49,658 nucleotides of DNA from Chloroflexota bacterium (GCA_045804705.1 JBJMMQ010000128.1:1-49658), one strand, 5' to 3'; numbered from the stretch's first letter, positions 9,820 to 19,538 are shown. Notes: generated by a model from the sequence alone, not told the origin. Translations and numbers: made by a program.

Positions 9820-10215
9820 ATGCCGGTCCTCGACCGCCAGCCTGTCCGCGCTCCCGTCCTGCCTCCGAGCATGCAGGGACTGCCTCCGCGCTCCGTGCCG
9901 GAGGTCGAGCCGACTCCTCTCCAGAAGCACTACATCAACCTCAGTGTCATCGTGCTCATCTGCGGCGCGATCGCGATCACTGCCCTGGAGATGGGCACGC
10001 CCATCGGAAGCCCGTTGGTCAAGCTGTGTGTCCTCGTCGCGGCACCGCTCCTCGTGGTCACGACGGGAGACGCGGTCCTGCGCATCTGGCGCTCGGCGTG
10101 GGCCTGGATGCCGGTCGACCGGACCAAGGGGCTTTTCCGGCTCGCCTGGGTCGCGGTGAGCCTCATCGGCCTTGCCGCGCTCATCGCGGCGTCGATCATC
10201 GTCATCCTCGCGTGA
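9820..10215 (+). CDS. Small membrane protein, unknown function
   Basis: Three predicted TM helices (INLSVIVLICGAIAITAL, LCVLVAAPLLVV, VAVSLIGLAALIAASIIVILA) with high GC3. The ATG at 9820 is chosen inside the 9658 track ORF. Confidence 0.5.
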   Translation: MPVLDRQPVRAPVLPPSMQGLPPRSVPEVEPTPLQKHYINLSVIVLICGAIAITALEMGTPIGSPLVKLCVLVAAPLLVVTTGDAVLRIWRSAWAWMPVDRTKGLFRLAWVAVSLIGLAALIAASIIVILA

Positions 10216-10303
10216 GCGGCCGATCGTGACGGACAGACCGCACGACCGCGGGCCGGATGGGCGTTCGACCGACCTGCCGTCGGGGGCCGGCGTGCCGCGA
10301 TGG

Positions 10304-10846
10304 ATGGCCGAGTCCCTGAACTTCTGCTCTCGCTGCGGCGCGCGGCTGGCGTTCGGCGCCATCGCCGGCGAGGACCGCGACCGCCTCGCCTGCACCAGCT
10401 GCGGGCATATCGCCTACGTCAACCCGCGTCTGGTGGTGACGACGTTCCCGATCACCGAATCAGGCGAGATCGTCCTGATCCGTCGCGGGATCGAACCGGG
10501 CAAGGGGTCCTGGGCACAGCCGGGCGGCTTCCTCGAGATCGACGAGACGGTCCACGAGGCCGCGATCCGCGAGACGCTCGAGGAGACGGGCCTCGTCGTC
10601 GACCCTGGCGAGATCGTCGGGTTGTACACGCGACTGGAGGCGAGCGTCGTGACGATCGCGTTCGAGGCCCGGATCGTGGGCGGCACGGCGGCGCCGACCA
10701 CCGAGGCGACCGAGATCGTCGCCTACGCCCCGGAAGACATCCCGTGGCCGAGCATCGCGTTCAAGACGACCCACTGGGCCCTGCGCGACTGGCTCGGGCG
10801 GCGACACCCCGAGTTGACGCCGCCGGCCCTCGCAACAGGGACCTGA
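10304..10846 (+). CDS. Nudix hydrolase with N-terminal zinc-ribbon
   Basis: The Nudix box GGFLEIDETVHEAAIRETLEETGL fits GX5EX7REUXEEXGU. It is preceded by CSRCG...CTSCGH, a 4-Cys ribbon as in NudC-like enzymes. An alternative GTG start lies at 10226. Confidence 0.8.
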   Translation: MAESLNFCSRCGARLAFGAIAGEDRDRLACTSCGHIAYVNPRLVVTTFPITESGEIVLIRRGIEPGKGSWAQPGGFLEIDETVHEAAIRETLEETGLVVDPGEIVGLYTRLEASVVTIAFEARIVGGTAAPTTEATEIVAYAPEDIPWPSIAFKTTHWALRDWLGRRHPELTPPALATGT

Positions 10847-10877
10847 CACTCCGCGCGACGGCGAGTGGAGGTCCGCG

Positions 10878-11189
10878 TCAGGGCCGGAAGGGCGTCAGGG
10901 CCGTATTGCTGATCGTGCCGACGAACCCGGCCACGATCCCGACCACGAGGACCACGCGAGCGAGCGTCGGTCTCTGCGGCGCGACGACTCGGACGACCGC
11001 GAGGACGAAGCAGATCAGGGCGACCTTCAACAGGATCGACACGAGCGGTGGGACGGCCCCGATGATGGGGTTGAGCTCGCGAGACACGACGAGGGCCGTG
11101 AGAGCGTCGGCGACCTGCGCGACGACGAAAGCCGCAGCCAGGACGGCGGGGTATCCGCGGGCACCGACTTCGCCGCCGGTGGATGCCAC
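10878..11189 (-). CDS. Small membrane protein, unknown function
   Basis: 103 aa with 3 hydrophobic helices. The GTG start shares one base with the aldehyde dehydrogenase stop (TAGTG), suggesting co-translation. Confidence 0.45.
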   Translation of the reverse strand: MASTGGEVGARGYPAVLAAAFVVAQVADALTALVVSRELNPIIGAVPPLVSILLKVALICFVLAVVRVVAPQRPTLARVVLVVGIVAGFVGTISNTALTPFRP

Positions 11190-12661
11190 TATGTCAGGTC
11201 GATGAAGACGTTCTTCGTCTCGGTATAGAGGTCGAGCGCCGACATCCCGAGCTCTCGCCCGATCCCGGACATCTTGTAGCCGCCGAACGGCGCCTCGGTG
11301 TGGACAGACGAGTTCGAGTTGACGCTGATGACGCCGGCCTGGAGCGCCTTGGCCGCTCGGAGGGCCTTGCCGATGTCACGGCTCCAGATCGAACCGGACA
11401 GTCCGTACGGCGTTGCGTTCGCGAGCCGGAGCGCCTCCTCCTCGGTGTCGAAGGCGATGATCGACACGACGGGACCGAAGATCTCCTCGCGCGCGATCCG
11501 CATGTCATTCGAGACGCCGTCGAAGACGGTCGGCATGAGATAGGCGCCGTCCGCGAGGGCCGGATCTTCGGGGGCATCGCCGCCGACCACGACGGTCGCA
11601 CCCTCACCGAGCCCGATCTCGATGTAGTCGCGGACGCGGTCGCGCTGCTTGAAGCTGACGAGCGTCCCGACCTCGGTCTTGTCCTCCGACGGCGGCCCCA
11701 CCACGACGTTGCGCGTCGCCTCGGCGAAGAGCTCGACGACGCGATCATGAGCGGACCTCTCGACGAGGATCCGTGACCGGGCGCAGCAGTCCTGGCCGGT
11801 GTTGTCGAACACCGAGGACGGCGACTCGCGAGCGAACTTCTCGAGGTCAGCGTCGGCGAAGACGATGTTCGGGCTCTTGCCACCGAGCTCGAGGGAGATC
11901 TTCTTCACGTTGCCCGATGCCAGGCGCATGATCTCCTGGCCGGTCGTCGTCTCACCCGTGAACGCGACCTTGCCGATGCCTGCGTGGGCCGCGATCGACG
12001 CGCCTGCGGACCCGCCCGGCCCGGTCACGACGTTCAGCACTCCGGGCGGGATCCCAGCCTCGAGCGCGAGCTCCCCGAGCCTGATCGCCGTCAGCGGGGA
12101 ATACGACGCGGGCTTCAGGATCGCGGTGTTGCCGGCCGCGAGGGCCGGCGCGACCTTCCACGAGGCCATCAGCAGGGGGAAGTTCCACGGCACGATGAGA
12201 CCGACGACCCCGATGGGCTCGCGGAGTGTCAGATCCAGCCCCGGCTTCGAGACCGGGATCGTCTGGCCGAAGATCTTGTTGGCAGCTCCGGCGTAGTAAT
12301 CGAAGACGAGGCTCGCCCCCACGATCTCGCCGCGGGCGCCGGTGATCGGCTTGCCGACGTTCCGGCTCTCGAGCTGAGCGAGCTCCTCGGAATGCTCCTT
12401 GATGAGGGCCGCGAGCTTCGCCAGCGATCGGCCGCGCTTGCCGGCGGCCCACGTCGCCCAGCCCTTGCGATCCTCGAACGCCTTCTGCGCGGCCGCGACA
12501 GCCCGGTCGACGTCCTCGCGACCCCCGAGCGGCGCAGTGGCCATGACCTTGCCCGTCGCCGGGTCGACAACCTCGAACGTCTGCCCATCTGCGGCGTCGA
12601 CGGTCTCGCCGCCGATGACCATCTGTGTGGCACGAACATCGGTGGTGGCGTCTGTCGTCAT
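11189..12661 (-). CDS. NAD(P)-dependent aldehyde dehydrogenase
   Basis: 490 aa with VPWNFPLLMASWKVAPALAAGN, the catalytic Glu region LELGGKSP, the catalytic Cys region FDNTGQDCCARSR, and EEIFGPV. Confidence 0.9.
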   Translation of the reverse strand: MTTDATTDVRATQMVIGGETVDAADGQTFEVVDPATGKVMATAPLGGREDVDRAVAAAQKAFEDRKGWATWAAGKRGRSLAKLAALIKEHSEELAQLESRNVGKPITGARGEIVGASLVFDYYAGAANKIFGQTIPVSKPGLDLTLREPIGVVGLIVPWNFPLLMASWKVAPALAAGNTAILKPASYSPLTAIRLGELALEAGIPPGVLNVVTGPGGSAGASIAAHAGIGKVAFTGETTTGQEIMRLASGNVKKISLELGGKSPNIVFADADLEKFARESPSSVFDNTGQDCCARSRILVERSAHDRVVELFAEATRNVVVGPPSEDKTEVGTLVSFKQRDRVRDYIEIGLGEGATVVVGGDAPEDPALADGAYLMPTVFDGVSNDMRIAREEIFGPVVSIIAFDTEEEALRLANATPYGLSGSIWSRDIGKALRAAKALQAGVISVNSNSSVHTEAPFGGYKMSGIGRELGMSALDLYTETKNVFIDLT

Positions 12662-12753
12662 CAGTGGATCCTCGTCAAGTCGGACCGTCTCTGGCGCACT
12701 TGTCGGTCGCGGGGCCCTTCGGCCGATTCTAACCCCGCCTCACGTTCCACCCG

Positions 12754-13416
12754 GTGACAACGATGCCGATCGCGCGTCCCCAACGCGAGACGCTCGCCGC
12801 GCATCATGTTGACGTAGGGGATCGGAGCGACCCGTTGCAGCCCGTCACCGCCCAAGTCACGCAGACGGCACTTCCCGACGACGCGGGGCTCGTCCAGCGA
12901 GCCCGGGCAGGCGATGCCGAAGCGTTCGACGAGATCGCGGCCGTTCGGCTGCCAGGCGCCTTCCGCTTGGCGTCGGCGATCCTCGGGAGCGAAGCAGACG
13001 CGGCAGATGCGACCCAGAACGCGTTCCTCGCCGCCTGGCGGCAGTTGCCCCAGCTCCGCGAGCTCGAGCGGTTCGATGCCTGGCTTCACCGGATCGTCGT
13101 GAACGAGTGCCGGATGCGTGTCCGGCAGCAAACGCAGCGGCGCGAGGTCGAGCTCGTCGACGACGCCTCCTCCGATCGGCCCGGCGGCGTCGGCATGGAT
13201 ACGTCGTCGTTCGACGCGATCGAGATCCTCGACCTGCTCGAAGGCGCATTCGAATCTCTGGACGCGGACGACCGGACCCTGGTCGTCCTCCACCACCTCG
13301 AGGACAGGCCGCTCGATGAGATCGCGGCGATCGTCGACATGCCGGTGGGTACGGTCAAGTGGCGCCTACACGAGGCCCGCAAGGTGCTGCACGGCGCGCT
13401 GGAGGCGGATCGATGA
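12754..13416 (+). CDS. ECF-type RNA polymerase sigma factor (sigma-70 family group IV)
   Basis: Region 2 reads FDAWLHRIVVNECRMR. Region 4 reads LDADDRTLVVLHHLEDRPLDEIAAIVDMPVGTVKWRLHEARKVL. The true start is probably downstream of 12754, since about 40 N-terminal residues look non-conserved. The stop overlaps the next gene (ATGA). Confidence 0.8.
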   Translation: MTTMPIARPQRETLAAHHVDVGDRSDPLQPVTAQVTQTALPDDAGLVQRARAGDAEAFDEIAAVRLPGAFRLASAILGSEADAADATQNAFLAAWRQLPQLRELERFDAWLHRIVVNECRMRVRQQTQRREVELVDDASSDRPGGVGMDTSSFDAIEILDLLEGAFESLDADDRTLVVLHHLEDRPLDEIAAIVDMPVGTVKWRLHEARKVLHGALEADR

Positions 13417-15548
13417 CCGAAAGCCGCTCCGACGACCTGCTCCGACGGATGCTCGAACGTCGCGCCGTCGAGCCTCCACCGGGCTGGCTCCTGGCGAGCA
13501 TCAGCCGGGCCGTCCACGGTGCACCGCCGAGTCCCGCGAGACCGAGGCCGTGGTGGCAGCCGCGCCATCGAAGTGGACAGGTGGTCCTCATCGCCGCGTC
13601 CGTGACGCTTCTCCTTGCGCTCGTCGTCGGGGCGCTCGTGGCGGGCGGCCTGATCACCCGGAACCCCAAGTCGCCGCTCCCTGCGGATGTGGTTCTTCCA
13701 TCCGCGAGTCCGATCGCATCGCCGGATCCCTCGTCGGCGGTGCCCTCTGCGAGCGTGCGACCGCCGAACGGCGGTGGCCCGAACGCGCTGGCCGACGTGG
13801 TCGGATCAGCGTGGACCCTCCCCGCAGGGTGGCACTACGACCTCGTGTGCGACGAGGACGTGCCCTGTCGACTCCATCTCTACGACGCGTCGGGTGGTGA
13901 GCAGGACGGCTGGCCCGTCGTCATCCCTGGTGACTGCATCAGCTCATCGGTCGCCGTCGGCTCCGATGATTCCGCTTTCGTGGCATGCAACCTCGCCGGT
14001 GCTGCGGTCGTGACGGGACTGGACGAACACGGGAAACCCCTGCATGGCTGGCCCGTGAAGGTCAAGGGAGCGGTCGCACCATCGACCTGGAACGACCTGA
14101 GAAATGGGGACCGCTCGCCGGAGATCGCCGTCGGCCCCGACAAGGCGGTCTACGTGGCCGTCGCGCGGAAGGGCCACGGCAGCTATGCGATCCATGCGTT
14201 CGCGCCGGACGGGACGGGTCGAAAAGGCTGGCCGGTCAGCCTGGACGGCGGCGGCCAAGGATTCGCGGTCGCTCTGAACGGGAGCGTCGTGGCCTGGTGG
14301 TATGAGGGGTATCTGTCCGAGATCGGCATCGGTGCGACACGGACTGTGTTCACCGAGATCGGCCCTGGTGGGAAGGTCCTTCCCGGGTGGCCGAAGGGCT
14401 CCGTCGGCGCAGCGTCCGGGCCCGTCGTCTGGAAGGACGGCAGCATCTTCTACACGAGTGCCAGTGGGAAGGTCTGGGGCCACGATCGGACTGGCAAGAT
14501 CATCGAGGGCTGGCCGCATGCGTTGCCCGAGCCCGTCGCACCCAGCCTCCGGGCGGACGGCACCATCAGTTTCATCGGTGAATCGCGTGTCGACGTGTTG
14601 GACAGACGCGGAAAGGCAGTCCCGGGCTGGCCGTATAGGCCGAAAGGCTCTTTCATGGGTCCGGGCTGCGAGACGGGCGGCTACAGCGCGCCGCTCGCGA
14701 GGGTGGCACTCGACGGGCGCTTGTTCATCGCCGTTTGGGACGGGAGTCGGTCGGACATCGTCGCGTTGGGCGCCGACGGGTCGACGACCGATGCGTGGCC
14801 CTACCACGTCGCCGCCGGCTGGCGGGTCACTGATATCGGGTTGATGGCGGACGGAACCGTCGAGGCGGGGGTGGCGACAGATCCCTGCGGCGTCGCCCAG
14901 TACACGACGATGAGGTTCACGTCACAGGGAACACTTCTCACTGGTGGATTGCCGACTTCGCTCAACGACGTCTACGAGGCCATGCGCCTCGATGGGCTTC
15001 GAACGACAAGTGGGAACGGCACGTTCGTCCAGGGAGCGCAGATCGATTTCGAGGTCGGCCTCGTGAACCAGTCGAACCGGACGATCGTGTTGCCTTACGT
15101 CGAAAGTTCGGACAGCTCCGGGTACATCGCCGGCCAGGTGCAGACATCGATCGAGCAGTTGGGCGCAGGACCGACGCTGACGTGTCTCTCGGACGACGAG
15201 AACGTGGACGAGGACGATCGGTATGCGACGGGAGAGGCTGTCATCGTCAGCCGCGAACCCATGACGATCCCGCCGGGAGGGAGGATGCCGCCGGTTTCTG
15301 TGGGCCTCAGCCCTGAGGTCACGGCGTGTCTCCCGGCCGGGGACTACCGGTACCGGGTCGAGTACGAACAGCTGGGCGACGTTGGTTACGAGGCGATCGA
15401 CAGGTCGACGTTCGACATCAGGATCACCGCTGCCGGTCCCGTCGCTACGCCCGCGCCGACCGCGACGCCGACCCCGACTCCAACCACACCGCCACGGCCG
15501 ACAGCCGGCCCCACACTGCCACCGGCCGGCCCGAGTCCGACCCCTTAG
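13413..15548 (+). CDS. Membrane-anchored putative anti-sigma factor with extracytoplasmic 7-repeat GWP beta-propeller-like domain, a further beta-rich domain and a Pro/Thr-rich tail
   Basis: ATG 13413 overlaps the sigma stop. There is a single TM helix (VVLIAASVTLLLALVVGALVAGGL, aa 57-80). Seven repeats share D/G-x-G-x(3-4)-GWP at aa 166, 212, 272, 325, 366, 405 and 461. The C-terminus is ATPAPTATPTPTPTTPPRPTAGPTLPPAGPSPTP. Confidence 0.7.
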   Translation: MTESRSDDLLRRMLERRAVEPPPGWLLASISRAVHGAPPSPARPRPWWQPRHRSGQVVLIAASVTLLLALVVGALVAGGLITRNPKSPLPADVVLPSASPIASPDPSSAVPSASVRPPNGGGPNALADVVGSAWTLPAGWHYDLVCDEDVPCRLHLYDASGGEQDGWPVVIPGDCISSSVAVGSDDSAFVACNLAGAAVVTGLDEHGKPLHGWPVKVKGAVAPSTWNDLRNGDRSPEIAVGPDKAVYVAVARKGHGSYAIHAFAPDGTGRKGWPVSLDGGGQGFAVALNGSVVAWWYEGYLSEIGIGATRTVFTEIGPGGKVLPGWPKGSVGAASGPVVWKDGSIFYTSASGKVWGHDRTGKIIEGWPHALPEPVAPSLRADGTISFIGESRVDVLDRRGKAVPGWPYRPKGSFMGPGCETGGYSAPLARVALDGRLFIAVWDGSRSDIVALGADGSTTDAWPYHVAAGWRVTDIGLMADGTVEAGVATDPCGVAQYTTMRFTSQGTLLTGGLPTSLNDVYEAMRLDGLRTTSGNGTFVQGAQIDFEVGLVNQSNRTIVLPYVESSDSSGYIAGQVQTSIEQLGAGPTLTCLSDDENVDEDDRYATGEAVIVSREPMTIPPGGRMPPVSVGLSPEVTACLPAGDYRYRVEYEQLGDVGYEAIDRSTFDIRITAAGPVATPAPTATPTPTPTTPPRPTAGPTLPPAGPSPTP

Positions 15549-15558
15549 GCGGTCGCTG

Positions 15559-16389
15559 TCAGTCGTCCGATACGGAAGCCGCGGGTTCGTGCGCGGGGGC
15601 CTCGGCGGCGACGATAGCCGCGCCGATGATCCCCGCGTCGTTCCGCAGCTGCGCCGCGACGACCGCACAGCGCACGGTCAGCTTCGGGATGAACCGGTCG
15701 GCATTCTTGCTGACGCCACCGCCGAGGATCATGAGGTTCGGCCACATCAGCTGCTGGATGCGGTCGAGATGCTCGTCGAGGTCGACCGTCCACGCCTTCC
15801 ACGACAGACCGCGCTTCACGCGTGCACCCGCGGCCGATCGCTTCTCCGCGGCGCGTCCGCGGATCTCCATCTGGCCGAACTCGGTGTTGGGGACGAGGAC
15901 ACCGTCGTTGAAGACACCCGACCCGACGCCCGTCCCGAGCGTCAGGAAGATGACTACTCCCTTCTCGCCGGCGCCGATGCCGAAGCGCATCTCAGCGATC
16001 CCAGCTGCATCCGCGTCGTTGATGATGGAGACCGAGCGCTTCAGGAGCCGGCCCATCCGGTCGACGACGGGGAAGTCGATCCATGCCTGATCGATGTTCG
16101 CCGCCGACATCAGCCGACCGTCGATGGTCACGCCCGGCAGTCCCAGGCCGACCGGCGTCGAATCGCCCAGGCCGGTCGAGCGCGACAGTCGCTTGACCAG
16201 GCTCGAGACCGAAGCGAGGATCGCGTCGGGCGTGGAGGGCGTCGGCGTCGCGACGCGGATCCGCTCGGATCGCAGCCGGCCCGACTCGACGTCCACGACC
16301 GCAGCCTTGATCCCGCTGCCTCCGACGTCGACGCCGATCGCTATCCTGCCGCTGGCCACGTCGGCCGTCTCCGCCGCTTCGTCGGTCAT
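15559..16389 (-). CDS. ppgK: Polyphosphate/ATP glucokinase, ROK family
   Basis: 276 aa with [40 protein letters not shown] and ILGGGVS. This pattern fits actinobacterial PpgK. Confidence 0.8.
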   Translation of the reverse strand: MTDEAAETADVASGRIAIGVDVGGSGIKAAVVDVESGRLRSERIRVATPTPSTPDAILASVSSLVKRLSRSTGLGDSTPVGLGLPGVTIDGRLMSAANIDQAWIDFPVVDRMGRLLKRSVSIINDADAAGIAEMRFGIGAGEKGVVIFLTLGTGVGSGVFNDGVLVPNTEFGQMEIRGRAAEKRSAAGARVKRGLSWKAWTVDLDEHLDRIQQLMWPNLMILGGGVSKNADRFIPKLTVRCAVVAAQLRNDAGIIGAAIVAAEAPAHEPAASVSDD

Positions 16390-17156
16390 CAGAAGTAGTT
16401 GACGGTGATGCCGCCGTCGACGACGAGGGACGCCCCGTTCGTCCAGCGCGACTCGTCAGACGCGAGGTAGACGGCCATGTGGACGATCTCCTCGGGCTTC
16501 CCGAATCGGCCCGTCGGGTTCCGGGCGAGGCGCAGCTGCTTGGCGGCCTCGTCCTTGACGAGCCAGTCCATCAGGAGCGGGGTCTCGACCGGGCCGGGGC
16601 AGATCGCATTCGTTCGGACACCTTTCGGCCCGAACTGGACGGCAAGGCTCCGGGTCAGCGAGAGGACGGCCCCTTTCGATGCCGTGTAGGCGTCCTGGGG
16701 GACACTGCACCCGAGGATCGCGACGAAGCTGGCGATGTTGATGATCGATCCGCCGCCGCCGTCGATCATCGCCGGGATCGCGTACTTGCAGCCGAGGAAG
16801 ACGCCGCGCACGTTGACGGCCATCACGGCGTCCCATGTCGCGACGTCAGTGTCGGTCACCGAGTGGTCGGCCTCGGGCATGACGCCGGCGTTGTTGTAGA
16901 GGGTGTCGACGCGGCCGTAGGTGGCGAGTGCGTGGTCGACCATCGCCTTGGCGTCGGCCTCCTTGGACACGTCGACCTTGACGAAGGACGCCGTTCCCCC
17001 GGCCTTCTCGACGAGTCCGACGGTCTCCGCGCCGGCCGCCTCACTGTATTCGGCGACGACGACCTTCGCCCCTTGCGCCGCGAACATGAGGGCAGCGACG
17101 CGTCCCATCCCGCCGCCGCCGCCGGTGATGATGGAAACCTTGTCCTCGAGTCGCAT
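16389..17156 (-). CDS. Short-chain dehydrogenase/reductase (SDR)
   Basis: TGGGGGMG cofactor motif, NNAG, and catalytic YTASKGAV (YxxxK). 255 aa. The stop shares one base with the ppgK start. Confidence 0.85.
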   Translation of the reverse strand: MRLEDKVSIITGGGGGMGRVAALMFAAQGAKVVVAEYSEAAGAETVGLVEKAGGTASFVKVDVSKEADAKAMVDHALATYGRVDTLYNNAGVMPEADHSVTDTDVATWDAVMAVNVRGVFLGCKYAIPAMIDGGGGSIINIASFVAILGCSVPQDAYTASKGAVLSLTRSLAVQFGPKGVRTNAICPGPVETPLLMDWLVKDEAAKQLRLARNPTGRFGKPEEIVHMAVYLASDESRWTNGASLVVDGGITVNYF

Positions 17157-17263
17157 GTCTCTCCCTCTCGCGCCCTCGCAGGCTGTCCGTCGCGTCAGAG
17201 TAGCGCTCGGCCCGAACGCGCGCGTGGCACGATGTCACGACTCAGGACCGGAGGAGCGACGGC

Positions 17264-17932
17264 ATGGCCGGACCCGGACAGGACCTCATCGATGCAGTCA
17301 ACGCCGACGACGCTGCTCGGGTCGCTGAGCTGCTCGCGACGGATCCGGGACTCGTGTCCGTGCGGGACCGCGACGGCGTCTCGGCGCTGATGCTGTCGCG
17401 TTATCGGTTCGATCGCGCGACGACCGATGCCCTCCTCGCCGTCGACCCGGATCTCGACGTGTTCGAGGCGACGGCCCTCGGCTACATCGACCGGCTCCGC
17501 GAGCGGCTCGAGGAGGATCGCTGGCGCGCACGGGCCTACTCCGCCGACGGCTTCACGCCGCTCCACTTCGCCGGGTTCTTCGGGAAGCCCGAGGCCGCCA
17601 AGGCCCTGCTCGAGGCAGGGGCCGAGGTCAACGCCTATTCGACGAACGAGCTCCAGGTGCAGGCGCTCCACAGCGCAGCGGCAGGCCGCCACATCGAGGT
17701 CTGTCGGGTGCTCATCGCCGCCGGCGCTGATGTCAACGCCACGCAGCGTCACGGGTTCACGCCGCTCCACGCCGCGGCACAGCACGGCGACCCAGAGATG
17801 GTCGAGCTGTTCCTGTCGGCCGGCGGGGATCCGTCAGCCGTCACCGAGGAGGGGGCCACGCCGGGGGACATCGCCGACGCCGAGGGGCACGTCGACGTCG
17901 CTCGGCGCCTGCGCGAGGTCGCGGCCGGCTGA
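17264..17932 (+). CDS. Ankyrin-repeat protein
   Basis: Repeats read GFTPLHFAGFFGKPEAAKALLEAGAEVNA, ALHSAAAGRHIEVCRVLIAAGADVNA and GFTPLHAAAQHGDPEMVELFLSAGGDP. A GGAGGAG RBS lies upstream. Confidence 0.8.
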   Translation: MAGPGQDLIDAVNADDAARVAELLATDPGLVSVRDRDGVSALMLSRYRFDRATTDALLAVDPDLDVFEATALGYIDRLRERLEEDRWRARAYSADGFTPLHFAGFFGKPEAAKALLEAGAEVNAYSTNELQVQALHSAAAGRHIEVCRVLIAAGADVNATQRHGFTPLHAAAQHGDPEMVELFLSAGGDPSAVTEEGATPGDIADAEGHVDVARRLREVAAG

Positions 17933-18102
17933 CACACTGGCGCGGCTCGATCCGCTCCTGTCAGGAACCCGTTTCGGTTATCTCAGCGTGGCTGCGGTCG
18001 AGTTCGGACATCCATTGCATGAACGCACGTCGGTTCACGTTCGAATGTTCCGATGGCGTTCCTGGTAGGAGCGCGGGCCGAGCGCCGGGGCCTGGCCAGG
18101 GA

Positions 18103-19512
18103 TCAGCCGCGTTCGAGGTACCGCTCGCGGTCCCAGGGGTGAACGATCGAGTCGTATGTCTCCTGCTCGACACGCGCCGCGTTCAGGTAATGGTCCACCA
18201 CGTCCTGGCCGAAGATCTCCACGGCGGCCTCGGACCGCTCGAGCTCCCAGATCGCCTCGTACAGCGCCCGCGGCATCCGCTCGACACCGGTCGCGAGGTA
18301 GCCGTTGCCCTTGAACTCGGCGTCGAGCGGCAGCTCGTGTTCGATGCCGTAGAGCCCGGCGCCCATCATCGCGGCATAGGTCAGGTAGGCGTTCATGTCG
18401 CCACCCGGGAAGCGGTCCTCGACATGGAGCGCGGGCCCGCGACCGACGAGCCGGAAGCCCGTCGTCCGATTGTCTCGACCCCAGACGACGTTGACGGGTG
18501 CCCACGACAGTGACGCGTAGCGCTTGTACGAGTTGATGAACGGGGCGATGAACACGGCCAGCTCGCGCGAGAGCTTCATCATCCCGGCCATGAACTGCTG
18601 GCCGACCTCGGATAGCCCGTACGGCCCGGCCGGGTCGCCTTCCGCGGCATGCATCAGGGGCACGTCCGTCTCTGCATCCCAGAGGCTCATGTGGAGATGC
18701 CCGGACGATCCTGTCCAGCGGTGGTCGGGCTTGGCCATGAAGGTGATGCCCCAGCCATTGAGGTAGGCGATCTCCTTCGCCCCGTGCTTGAAGACGACGC
18801 TCCGATCGGCCGACTCGAGCACGTGGTCGTAGCGGATGTTGACCTCATGCTGGCCGTTGGCCGCTTCGCCCTTGCTGAACTCGATCGGCACGTTCGCCTC
18901 GGTCATCTGGTTGCGCAGCAGGCGGTGGAGCGGCTCGGCCTTGGTCGCCTGCAGGAGGTGGTAATCCTCGTTGTAGTGGCCGAACGTCTTCGGGACGGGC
19001 CAGCCCCGGTCGGCCAGGTCCTCCCACGAATCCTTCAACACGTAGAACTCGAACTCGGAGCCGGCCTTGAGCGTGTATCCCGCGGCGGCAGCGCGATCGA
19101 CCTGGCGCTTCAGGATCGTCCGGGGCGCGACCGGGATCTCGAGCCCGGTTTCCTCGTCCACCGCGTCCGCGAGGACCATCGCCGTGCCCGGCAGCCACGG
19201 CAGCACTCGCAGCTGGTCCCAGATCGGCTCCGCGATCCAGTCGCCGTAGCCCGTCTCCCAGTTCATCAGCTCGAACCCCTCGGGGGTGTTCATCTCCATG
19301 TCGGTACCGAGGAGGTAGGTGCAGAAGTGGGCGCCGTGCGACACGACGCCGTCGAGGAACGCCTGGCCCTGGACGCGCTTGCCCATGAGCCGGCCCTGCA
19401 TGTCCGTGATGGCGATGACCAGGGTGTCGATCTGCCCGTCGCGGACCATCGCCTCGAGCTCGGCGAGGCGCTGGTGCTTCTGGCCGTGGCCCTGGTCGTC
19501 GCTCATGCTCAT
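18103..19512 (-). CDS. Glutamine synthetase family protein (gamma-glutamyl-amine ligase-like; GlnA2/3/4 or PuuA-type)
   Basis: 469 aa with GSEFEFY, KGEAANGQHEVNI, GSSGHLHMSLW, NSYKR and RDNRTTGFR. The second ATG (19506) has better spacing to the GGAG RBS. Confidence 0.8.
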   Translation of the reverse strand: MSMSDDQGHGQKHQRLAELEAMVRDGQIDTLVIAITDMQGRLMGKRVQGQAFLDGVVSHGAHFCTYLLGTDMEMNTPEGFELMNWETGYGDWIAEPIWDQLRVLPWLPGTAMVLADAVDEETGLEIPVAPRTILKRQVDRAAAAGYTLKAGSEFEFYVLKDSWEDLADRGWPVPKTFGHYNEDYHLLQATKAEPLHRLLRNQMTEANVPIEFSKGEAANGQHEVNIRYDHVLESADRSVVFKHGAKEIAYLNGWGITFMAKPDHRWTGSSGHLHMSLWDAETDVPLMHAAEGDPAGPYGLSEVGQQFMAGMMKLSRELAVFIAPFINSYKRYASLSWAPVNVVWGRDNRTTGFRLVGRGPALHVEDRFPGGDMNAYLTYAAMMGAGLYGIEHELPLDAEFKGNGYLATGVERMPRALYEAIWELERSEAAVEIFGQDVVDHYLNAARVEQETYDSIVHPWDRERYLERG

Positions 19513-19538
19513 CTCCGGTGTGCTCCGAGGGGGTGGAA

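Noticed and set aside
12662-12860. ECF-type promoter and alternative start sites upstream of the first sigma factor
   Set aside because: I could not find a convincing GGAAC-N16/17-CGT pair. Several in-frame TTG/GTG codons are possible, and the N-terminal ~40 residues of the track ORF look non-conserved. The start is left at the track coordinate with a caveat.
15459-15545. Repetitive ACG/CCG-rich DNA, considered as a tandem repeat or CRISPR-like array
   Set aside because: It is in-frame coding sequence for a Pro/Thr-rich tail (ATPAPTATPTPTPTTPP...). There are no regular repeat-spacer units.
17225-17240. TGGCAC element upstream of the ankyrin gene, considered as a sigma-54 promoter
   Set aside because: The downstream half-site reads CACGA instead of TTGC(A/T) at the required spacing (TGGCACG-N4-TTGCW). 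No enhancer-binding protein gene is nearby.
17961-18173. 70-aa minus-strand ORF in the ankyrin/GS spacer
   Set aside because: It overlaps the GS-like gene 3' end, is mostly Pro/Arg/Gly-rich and has no RBS. Only the last ~19 codons fall in the non-coding spacer, which is insufficient evidence for a gene.
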